Shown: piece by piece, positions 19,665 to 27,569 of the stretch
Position numbering within the stretch: the stretch's first letter is position 1
Layout of the letters: each line of letters starts with the position of its first letter
Origin: Wigglesworthia glossinidia endosymbiont of Glossina morsitans morsitans (Yale colony)
GTDB taxonomy: Bacteria > Pseudomonadota > Gammaproteobacteria > Enterobacterales > Enterobacteriaceae
Reading direction: 5' to 3'
Length of the DNA stretch: 32,000 nt
Assembly (NCBI RefSeq): GCF_000247565.1
Contig: NC_016893.1
Span: forward strand, 600,001 to 632,000
Notes under the pieces: model-generated
What the model was told of the DNA's origin: nothing
What the model saw: only the letters and a program-made list of their open reading frames with translations
The model's database searches: none
Translations under genes and position numbers: made by a program

Positions 19665-20345
19665 ATGCATTTCCAATGGTCAGTAATTTTAGAAAATATT
19701 TCATATTTTATTTTTGGAAATACTTTTTTTGGCGAACCCGGAGGTTTATTTCTGACATTTTTTATTACTGTAATTGCAGGAATTTTTTCCATTTTACTAG
19801 GAATACTTTTGGCAATGCTATCATGGTGCATTCCAAAAATTTTTAAAAAAATATTATTTTTTATTTCTGAAATTATTAGAGGAATACCTTTAATATTTAT
19901 TATTTTTTGGATGTATTTTATTTTTCCATTTTTTTTTTCAAATTACATTTCAAGAGAAATTACGATAATTTTTTCTTTAATTTGGTTTAATTCATCAGCT
20001 GTTATGCATATTATTTTATCTGGAATTTATGCTTTACCTAAAGGTCAACACGAAGCTGGACTGGCAGAGGGATTAAGTAATTTACAAATTTTCTGCAAAA
20101 TTTTACTTCCTCAAGCTATTAAAAATTCTTTTCCTTCTTGGAATAATTTAATAATAAATTTAGTTAAAGATACTTCTTTAGCATTTATTTTAAATGTACC
20201 AGAACTTACTACAGTAGGAAGTCAATTAAACAATGTTTTCCAGGTATATTCTTTAGAAATTTTTTTATTTGTTGCTTTTTTATATTATATGCTATGTAAA
20301 TCTTTTGAAATTATTGTCAAATATTTTTTGCCTAAAATTTATTAG
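19665..20345 (+). CDS. Polar amino-acid ABC transporter, permease subunit 2
   Basis: 226 aa, multi-pass hydrophobic. The EAA-type loop KGQHEAGLAEGLSNLQIFCKILLPQA and KDTSLAFIL (E. coli GltK QDTSLVYVL) are present. An AAGGTGA SD at 19652-19658 precedes the ATG. Confidence 0.85.
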   Translation: MHFQWSVILENISYFIFGNTFFGEPGGLFLTFFITVIAGIFSILLGILLAMLSWCIPKIFKKILFFISEIIRGIPLIFIIFWMYFIFPFFFSNYISREITIIFSLIWFNSSAVMHIILSGIYALPKGQHEAGLAEGLSNLQIFCKILLPQAIKNSFPSWNNLIINLVKDTSLAFILNVPELTTVGSQLNNVFQVYSLEIFLFVAFLYYMLCKSFEIIVKYFLPKIY

Positions 20346-20354
20346 ATAAAATTT

Positions 20355-21332
20355 TTAATTATTTGTATTATGCATAAAACGTAAAAAGTTGCTTTTAGAA
20401 TCAATTAAAATTAAATCTTGTGTATTATTGAAACTATTTTCATATGCACGTAAACTTCTTATGAAAACATAAAATTCCGGATCTGCATTAAATGAAAGTG
20501 CGTATAATTTTGCTGTTTCAGCATCCGCTTCTCCTTTAATAATTAAAGATTGTCGTTTAGCTTCTGCTAAAGTTCGAGTGACTTTATAATCCGCAGTAGC
20601 ACGCAATTTTTCTGCTTCTTCTTTTCCTTGTGATCTGTGTCGTCTTGCTACGGCTTCCCTTTCAGCACGCATTCTTTGGTAAATAGCATCAGAAACTTCA
20701 GATGGTAAATTAATTTGTTTTATCCTTACGTCTACTACTTCGATGCCTAATGCGGCCATACTATTAGGGTGTATGCCAATTTCTTGTGTTTGTTCTACTG
20801 AAATAGTATCTATCTTTTTATTATATGTATTATCTTCTTCTTCTATTCCGGATGTACCATTATTTAATGAAAAACGTACGTCGCTCATTAGCTTGTTTCT
20901 AGAATCTGTAACAATTCCTTTTACATCTAAACGACCAAGTTCTGAACGTAATCTATCGGAAAATTTTCTTTTTAATAGTACTTCTCCTTGTGCTACATCT
21001 CCACCTCCTGTCGCTAAATAATATCTACTAAAATCTATTATTTTCCATTTAATATAAGAATCTACGATCAAATCTTTTTTTTCCATAGTAACAAATCGAT
21101 CTGCTTGATTCTCCATAGTTTGTATTTTTGCATCAAGATGTTTCACTGTTTCTATTAGTGGCATTTTTATATGCATTCCAGGAGCATATATTATTGGAGT
21201 ATTATCTACTCCGCGTAATACTTTTCCAAATCTTAATACTAGTCCTCTTTGACCTTCTTGCACGATAAAAAGTGCAGAATATAAAAATAAAGAAATTAAT
21301 AAAAAAGCAATAGTTACGAGATATTTTTTCAT
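20355..21332 (-). CDS. hflC: FtsH protease modulator HflC (SPFH/band-7 family)
   Basis: 325 aa (E. coli 334). An N-terminal TM segment is followed by FIVQEGQRGLVLRFGKV and QRMRAEREAVARRHRSQGKEEAEKLRA. It lies immediately downstream of hflK. Confidence 0.93.
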   Translation of the reverse strand: MKKYLVTIAFLLISLFLYSALFIVQEGQRGLVLRFGKVLRGVDNTPIIYAPGMHIKMPLIETVKHLDAKIQTMENQADRFVTMEKKDLIVDSYIKWKIIDFSRYYLATGGGDVAQGEVLLKRKFSDRLRSELGRLDVKGIVTDSRNKLMSDVRFSLNNGTSGIEEEDNTYNKKIDTISVEQTQEIGIHPNSMAALGIEVVDVRIKQINLPSEVSDAIYQRMRAEREAVARRHRSQGKEEAEKLRATADYKVTRTLAEAKRQSLIIKGEADAETAKLYALSFNADPEFYVFIRSLRAYENSFNNTQDLILIDSKSNFLRFMHNTNN

Positions 21333-21353
21333 TATATATACTCATTTTTTATT

Positions 21354-22589
21354 TTATCGTAAAATTAATTCATTTCTGATGTTATTTCTTTTTGTATTTA
21401 AGTTTTTTTTGTAGTTCTGAGACGTTTCAAGATTTTCTTGGTCGTTTTTATTATTCGTTTCATTTCGATTTTGATAAAAATTATCAGAATTTAAATTTTG
21501 TGTGGAATTTTTAAATTCAGAAGATTTAAGCAACTGATCTAATGGAAATAAAAGTAAATTATGATTATTAGTTTGCGAATTATAAATAAAAAGTTTTTTA
21601 TTTTTACTTAAAATACGTTCCATAGTATCAATATATAACCTTTCTCTTGTTATTTTAGGAGCTATTTTATATTCTGGTAGAACTTTTGTAAATCTTTGTA
21701 CTTCTCCTTGTGCTTCTAGGATAGTGCGAGCTTTATACGCTCTTCCTTCTTCTAAAATACGTTGCGCTTTTCCATTTGCTTGCGGCTGCACTTCGTTTGC
21801 ATAAGCTTCTGCTTCTCTAATATATTGTTGCTCATTTTCACGTGCAGCAATTGCATCGTCAAAAGCTGCTTTTACTTCTTCGGGAGGTCTAGCTGTTTGA
21901 AAGTTTACATCTAATAGTTCAATTCCCATGTTATATGGTTGGATAGTTTCTTCTAGTATTTTTTGTGTATCACTACGTACTAGTGTGCGTCCTTCCGTCA
22001 GGATACGATCCATAGTATATTTTCCGATAACTCCACGCAGTGCACTATCGGTAGCTTGACGTAAGCTATTATCTGCATTAGTTACACTAAACAAATAATT
22101 TTTAGGATGAATTACTTTATATTGCACATTCATTTCTACTCTAACTACATTTTCATCGGAAGTTAACATAATTCCAGATGCAGCTAATTCTCTAACGGAC
22201 TCTACATTTACTGGATATATTGTATCAATAAAACTTGGTTTCCAGTTTAAACCTGGTTGCACGATATGATGGAATTTTCCCAATCTAAGAATTACTCCTC
22301 TTTCTGCTTCTTTAATAGTATAAAATCCACTACTTATCCATGTAATCAAAATAAATATTAATACAAATCCAATATAAAATTTTGGATTTTTTTTTGTTTT
22401 GTTTGTAATATTTTTCTTTTTAAATTTGTTAAACTTTTTGCTTAATTTTCGAAAAATATCATCAAGATCTGGAGGTAATGCATCATATTCATTAACTTTT
22501 TTATCTTTGCAATCAGAATATTTCTGATCTTTTTTCCAAGGATCATTGTATTGACTGATATTATTTTTATATGTCATATTATGTTCCAT
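21354..22589 (-). CDS. hflK: FtsH protease modulator HflK (SPFH/band-7 family)
   Basis: 411 aa (E. coli 419). PPDLDDIFRKLSKKF, SGFYTIKEAERGV, ELAASGIMLTSDENVVRVEMNVQY and RPPEEVKAAFDDAIAARENEQQYIREAEAY are near-identical to E. coli HflK. An alternative start at 22577 (MTYKNN) cannot be excluded. Confidence 0.95.
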   Translation of the reverse strand: MEHNMTYKNNISQYNDPWKKDQKYSDCKDKKVNEYDALPPDLDDIFRKLSKKFNKFKKKNITNKTKKNPKFYIGFVLIFILITWISSGFYTIKEAERGVILRLGKFHHIVQPGLNWKPSFIDTIYPVNVESVRELAASGIMLTSDENVVRVEMNVQYKVIHPKNYLFSVTNADNSLRQATDSALRGVIGKYTMDRILTEGRTLVRSDTQKILEETIQPYNMGIELLDVNFQTARPPEEVKAAFDDAIAARENEQQYIREAEAYANEVQPQANGKAQRILEEGRAYKARTILEAQGEVQRFTKVLPEYKIAPKITRERLYIDTMERILSKNKKLFIYNSQTNNHNLLLFPLDQLLKSSEFKNSTQNLNSDNFYQNRNETNNKNDQENLETSQNYKKNLNTKRNNIRNELILR

Positions 22590-23012
22590 GTTTTACTCAT
22601 ATAGAAATTTTTTAAGATTTTTATGGTTTAAAAAAATTTTTATATTAAATAATATTAATATTTAAATATTATGCGCAACTTAAATCAATGTAATTAAGAA
22701 TAAAAAATATATGTTTATTTTCATGAATACTATCGTGAATATATAAAAAAATTTTTTTATTTTTAATTTTTCTAAATTAATAAATTTTGAAAAGTTTTAA
22801 TTCATTTTTTATAAAAAAATAAATAATTAAATAAAATCATGAAATTTATATCATATTATAGTTGTATAAATTTTTAAACAAAATTTTCTAATAGAACAAC
22901 TCGTTAATACCCAAAAAAATAAATAAGTAAAATATATATAAATATATATTAATAATTTTTTTAAAAAAATTAATTCATTAAAATAACTACATACTAATAA
23001 ATAAAAATTTTT

Positions 23013-23303
23013 TTATTTATTAATAAAATCTTTACTTGAAGATTTCGATGTACATACGTAATTTATATTGCGACATAAATCAGAAGTAGTTTCTTGCTTT
23101 TTTACATTGTTTGGTACAACTGTAGAGATAGCATGTTTATATATCATTTGGCTAATACTATTTTTTAATAAAATTACAAATTGATCAAACGATTCAATAT
23201 GACCTTGAAGTTTAATACCGTTTACTAAATAAATAGAAACCGGAATACGTTCGCGTCGTAAAGTATTTAAAAAAGGATCTTGTAAAGATTGTCCTTTAGA
23301 CAT
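23013..23303 (-). CDS. hfq: RNA chaperone Hfq
   Basis: 96 aa (E. coli 102). The Sm core [64 protein letters not shown] is almost identical to E. coli residues 1-65. The C-terminal tail is divergent. Confidence 0.96.
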   Translation of the reverse strand: MSKGQSLQDPFLNTLRRERIPVSIYLVNGIKLQGHIESFDQFVILLKNSISQMIYKHAISTVVPNNVKKQETTSDLCRNINYVCTSKSSSKDFINK

Positions 23304-23387
23304 GTTTATTTCCCAATAAAATATTATAAAAATATATCTAATACATTTCTATGAAAAAATTTTTAAAATCAAGTATGATTTGAAAAA

Positions 23388-24335
23388 TTATTTTTTCTTA
23401 AAAAGATCATATATTTTTTCCGCAGCAAAAGCACTAGTATAAGTATTAATAATATAGCATGATTTTTTCCATTTACTTAACCATGTAATTTGTTTTTTGG
23501 CAAGATTTTTCGTCGCTTTCAGCGTGAGATAAACCATATTTTCATAATTTATTTCTCCAGATAAATAATCCCACATTTGTCGATAACCAACACAGTTCAT
23601 TGAAGGTAAATTTTTATTTAGATTTTTTCTAAGTTTAAGATTATATACTTCTTGTTGAAAACCATTTTTGAGCATATTATAAAAACGATTTTCAATATTT
23701 TGATGTAAAATATTTTTTTTAGGTAATATAAAAAATTGACATACATCATATCGAAACTTTTTTTTTGGAAAATTAAACAATTCAGTAGGTGTAAACCCAG
23801 AAGCAATATATATTTCTAAAGCACGTATTAATCTTTGATGATCGTTGGGATGAATACGATATGAAGATTTTGGATCAACATTATTTAGTTTTCTATATAT
23901 ATAATCCCAACCAAATTTTTTAACTTTATTTTTTAAGTTATTGCGAATTTTTGGCGTATATGGAGGTAACGGCGATAATCCATAAAATAAACTGTAAAAA
24001 TATAACATACTTCCACCTACTAAAAGTGGTATACGACCATTTGAAATGATTTTATGCATTATTTTTAATGCATCATTTTTAAAATCTTTGATTGAATATC
24101 TTTCTGATGGATCACAAATATCAATTAAATGATATGGAGCATATCCCATCTCACTTAAAGAAGGTTTTGCAGTACCGATATTCATATCTCGATAAATACA
24201 TGCTGAATCTACGCTAATAATTTCAATTGGCAATTTTTTTTTGAGCTTTTCTGCTATTTCACTTTTACCTGAAGCTGTTGGACCCATAAGAAAAATAGCT
24301 TGAGGATATTTTTTAAGCTTTAAAGTCACATGCAT
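23388..24335 (-). CDS. miaA: tRNA dimethylallyltransferase
   Basis: 315 aa (E. coli 316). It has the P-loop GPTASGKS plus DSACIYRDMNIGTAKP, GGSMLYF, HPNDHQRLIRALE and VGYRQMWDYL. It lies upstream of hfq as in E. coli. Confidence 0.94.
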   Translation of the reverse strand: MHVTLKLKKYPQAIFLMGPTASGKSEIAEKLKKKLPIEIISVDSACIYRDMNIGTAKPSLSEMGYAPYHLIDICDPSERYSIKDFKNDALKIMHKIISNGRIPLLVGGSMLYFYSLFYGLSPLPPYTPKIRNNLKNKVKKFGWDYIYRKLNNVDPKSSYRIHPNDHQRLIRALEIYIASGFTPTELFNFPKKKFRYDVCQFFILPKKNILHQNIENRFYNMLKNGFQQEVYNLKLRKNLNKNLPSMNCVGYRQMWDYLSGEINYENMVYLTLKATKNLAKKQITWLSKWKKSCYIINTYTSAFAAEKIYDLFKKK

Positions 24336-24750
24336 AAGTTAAATATCAACATAAAATGTTATATAATTGAATTAAAATATATTTTAATATATTTTATTAG
24401 TTTTTTTCAATATCATTTATATTTAAAGCATTAAATATAATTTTTTAACTGAATAATAAATATTTTAATTTTTTGTATTTAAATATACATTTTTTTAAAC
24501 AATGAAAAATATTTTTATTTTTGTATCAAATCTTAAAAAAAAGAAATTTACATGAATATATTTAATTGCAATATTATATTAATAATATTTTAAAATATAA
24601 AAAATATTTAGTTTAACAAAAATATTAAAATTTACTTATTTATGAAACAATTTCAAATGATTAATTCAAAAATTTTAAAACAAACTATGCTAATGTTTTA
24701 TATTTAAATACATATAATACTTTTTATTAATATAATACTTAAATTTTTTT

Positions 24751-26184
24751 ATGAATAAATATTTAGTATGGTTTCGAAATGATCTTAGAATACATGATAA
24801 TCCAGCTTTGCACTACGCATGTACAAATCCCGAAGCACTAGTATCCGGTGTTTTTGTTGCTACGCCTAAACAGTGGGAAAAACATTTTGTTGCAAATTGT
24901 CAAATTAATTTTATATATAAAAACTTATTAGAATTGAAAAAAAACTTACTCGAAATACAAATTGAATTAATTATACATACATGTAAAGATTTTATAGAAT
25001 CTGCAGATTGGATATTTAATTTTTGTCATAGAAATAAAATAAGTAAATTATATTTTAATCGTCAATACGAATATAATGAGAAAAAACGAGACAATTTAGT
25101 AAAATTAAAATTACACAATATTACTGAATGTATTACTTTTAATGGAAATTTACTTATTTCTCCAAAACAAATCATGACACAAAAAATAAAAAATTATCGA
25201 GTGTACAGACCTTTTTTAAAACGATGCACTAAAATTTTTTCTAAAAATATACTATATATTTTACCACCACCTAAAATACGCAAATATAGTACTATAAAAA
25301 ATAATTTATTAGAATTTGATAGATGTGAAATTTTCAACAATAAAAAATATAATTATTTTTTACCTGGAGAAAATTATGCGTTAAAAAAATTGAAAAAATT
25401 CGTAGATACAAAATTAAATAATTATCATATAAATAGAGATTTTTTTTCTATAAATTCTACAAGCCAATTATCTCCTTATCTAACCGTAGGAGCATTATCA
25501 GCAAGCAGATGCTTATATTTAATTAAAAAAAATAGCAAAAATTTTACTAACGAAAAAAATCCAGGTTTATTTAAATGGTATAGCGAATTAATATGGAGAG
25601 AATTTTACCAACATTTAATGATAGCGTACCCTTTTTTATCTATGTCTGAGCCATTTTTAAAATGGACAAATAAAATATGTTGGGAAAATAATCCTAAATA
25701 TATAAAAGCATGGAAAAATGGATCTACAGGATATCCAATTATTGATGCATCCATGCATCAACTAAAACAAACTGGCTGGTTGCACAATCGATTACGTATG
25801 ATCTCCGCAAGTTTTTTAGTTAAAAATTTGTTCGTAGATTGGAGGATTGGAGAAAAGTATTTTATTTCGCATTTAATTGACGGCAATTTATCTTCAAACA
25901 ACGGTGGTTGGCAATGGTCTGCATCAACAGGAACAGATTCAGCGCCTTACTTTCGAATATTTAATCCTATTCTGCAAGGAAAAAAATTTGATCATTATGG
26001 GAACTTTATACGATTTTGGATTCCAGAATTATCTGCAGTTCCAGATCATTGTATTCATTTTCCACATAACTGGGCAGTAGAAAATAATATTAAAATTCAT
26101 TATCCCGCTCCAATAGTACAATATAAAACTTCGTATATAAAATTTCGAACAGCATATTTATATGCTAAAAATAATTTAAAATAA
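24751..26184 (+). CDS. phrB: Deoxyribodipyrimidine photolyase (CPD photolyase, class I)
   Basis: 477 aa (E. coli 472). The N-terminus is LVWFRNDLRIHDNPAL. The FAD-binding half is strongly conserved: TGYPIIDASMHQLKQTGWLHNRLRMISASFLVKNL and GGWQWSASTGTDSAPYFRIFNPILQGKKFD. Confidence 0.93.
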   Translation: MNKYLVWFRNDLRIHDNPALHYACTNPEALVSGVFVATPKQWEKHFVANCQINFIYKNLLELKKNLLEIQIELIIHTCKDFIESADWIFNFCHRNKISKLYFNRQYEYNEKKRDNLVKLKLHNITECITFNGNLLISPKQIMTQKIKNYRVYRPFLKRCTKIFSKNILYILPPPKIRKYSTIKNNLLEFDRCEIFNNKKYNYFLPGENYALKKLKKFVDTKLNNYHINRDFFSINSTSQLSPYLTVGALSASRCLYLIKKNSKNFTNEKNPGLFKWYSELIWREFYQHLMIAYPFLSMSEPFLKWTNKICWENNPKYIKAWKNGSTGYPIIDASMHQLKQTGWLHNRLRMISASFLVKNLFVDWRIGEKYFISHLIDGNLSSNNGGWQWSASTGTDSAPYFRIFNPILQGKKFDHYGNFIRFWIPELSAVPDHCIHFPHNWAVENNIKIHYPAPIVQYKTSYIKFRTAYLYAKNNLK

Positions 26185-26325
26185 GTTTATATTCACATAA
26201 ATGTAAAAATTAATATGTTTTAAAAACTTAAATTAAATCATATACTAATAATGTGGAATGTAATACTATTTAAAATAGTATTTATTATTTATACAATAGA
26301 TATTAGAATTTTAAAAAGGTATTTT

Positions 26326-27534
26326 ATGTCAAAAGAACTAATACTAGTATTAAATTATGGCAGTTCTTCTATAAAATTTTCTATTATCCACCCAAATACA
26401 GAAACTAAATACATTTCTGGTATTGCCGAATGTTTAAACTTACCGGAAGCTTCAATTCAATGGAATACTGATCATGTTGCACATAAAAAAAGCTTAAAAA
26501 AATATTCTAATCACAATTACGCATTAAATTTTATTGTAAATGTAATTTTACCGCAAAAAAAAACAATATTGCAACAAATATGCGGCATAGGACATCGTAT
26601 CGTGCATGGCGGCAAAAAATGCACAAAATCTGTAATTATAAATGAAAAAATTTTAGAAAATATAAGAAATGCTATTCCTTTCGCTCCATTACATAATCCA
26701 GCACATTTAATAGGAATACAAGAATCTTTTAAAATATTTCCAAATCTTATAAAAAAGAATGTAGCTGTTTTTGATACAGCATTTCATCAAACTATGCCCG
26801 AAGAATCATATCTTTATGCTATTCCATATTCTTTTTATAAAAATTATGATATTCGTAGATATGGTGCTCATGGAATTAGTCATTATTACGTAAGTCATAA
26901 AGCTGCAGAAATTTTAGAAATTCCTATTGAAAAATCTAACTTTATTACATGTCATTTAGGAAACGGAGGATCTGTTGCTGCTATTTTGCACGGAAAATGT
27001 GTTGATACTTCTATGGGTTTAACACCATTAGAAGGTTTAGTTATGGGTACAAGATGTGGAGATATAGATCCAGCTATAATTTTTTATTTAAATGAAAAAT
27101 TTAATATTCCAATCAAAAATATTCGTAAAATTTTGTCTGAAAAATCTGGATTATTAGGTTTAACACAAACAAGTAGCGATTTTCGTTATGTTGAAAAAAA
27201 TTTTTTTTGTGATCCTATTGCTGAAAGAACTATGAAAATATACTGTCATCGTCTAACCAAATATATTGGTGCATACAGTACATTAATGAATAATAAATTA
27301 GACGGTATTGTTTTTACCGGAGGAATTGGAGAAAATGCATGTAATATGCGAGAATTATCAATTAAAAAGTTACAATTTTTAGGATTTTTTATCGATATAG
27401 AAAAAAATTTAACAATACGTTTAGGTAAATCAGGAATTATTACGAAAAAAAATAGTCGACCTGTATTAGTAATTCCAACGAATGAAGAGCTGGTGATCGC
27501 GCAAGAAACTTTTCGAATCACTGGAAAATTATAA
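26326..27534 (+). CDS. ackA: Acetate kinase
   Basis: I place the start at ATG 26326. [18 protein letters not shown] matches E. coli MSSKLVLVLNCGSSSLKF, and AAAAAGG lies just upstream. The track ORF starts 25 codons earlier, at 26251. [38 protein letters not shown] and FTGGIGEN motifs are present. Confidence 0.95.
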   Translation: MSKELILVLNYGSSSIKFSIIHPNTETKYISGIAECLNLPEASIQWNTDHVAHKKSLKKYSNHNYALNFIVNVILPQKKTILQQICGIGHRIVHGGKKCTKSVIINEKILENIRNAIPFAPLHNPAHLIGIQESFKIFPNLIKKNVAVFDTAFHQTMPEESYLYAIPYSFYKNYDIRRYGAHGISHYYVSHKAAEILEIPIEKSNFITCHLGNGGSVAAILHGKCVDTSMGLTPLEGLVMGTRCGDIDPAIIFYLNEKFNIPIKNIRKILSEKSGLLGLTQTSSDFRYVEKNFFCDPIAERTMKIYCHRLTKYIGAYSTLMNNKLDGIVFTGGIGENACNMRELSIKKLQFLGFFIDIEKNLTIRLGKSGIITKKNSRPVLVIPTNEELVIAQETFRITGKL

Positions 27535-27569
27535 TTAAAAAATATAATTTATGTGCTGGAGAAATATAT

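Noticed and set aside
19538-21021. Track ORFs 19538-19831(-), 19655-19846(+) and 20743-21021(+).
   Set aside because: They overlap the two permease genes or hflC in alternative frames or strands. The permease and HflC frames carry the family motifs (EAA loops, SPFH domain), and these ORFs carry none.
22995-23022. A 12-bp all-A/T palindrome (taataaataaaa / ttttatttatta) spanning the hfq stop codon. It is a possible hfq terminator.
   Set aside because: There are no G-C pairs, so the predicted stability is very low. It could equally be a chance product of A/T saturation, and there is no independent evidence.
24336-24750. Small ORFs in the long spacers, for example a 21-codon ORF at 24642-24707 (MKQFQMINSKILKQTMLMFYI), plus TATAAT-like or TTGACA-like promoter hexamers throughout all the spacers.
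   Set aside because: The small ORFs lack SD sequences and have A/T-driven composition. TATAAT-like words occur every few dozen bases in these spacers, so promoter calls by eye have no discriminating power. I therefore report no promoters.
26251-26325. The 25-codon 5' extension of ackA in the track ([25 protein letters not shown]).
   Set aside because: The E. coli AckA N-terminus aligns exactly with the internal Met at 26326 ([14 protein letters not shown]), which has a purine-rich AAAAAGG just upstream. The extension is hydrophobic, A/T-driven sequence with no counterpart.
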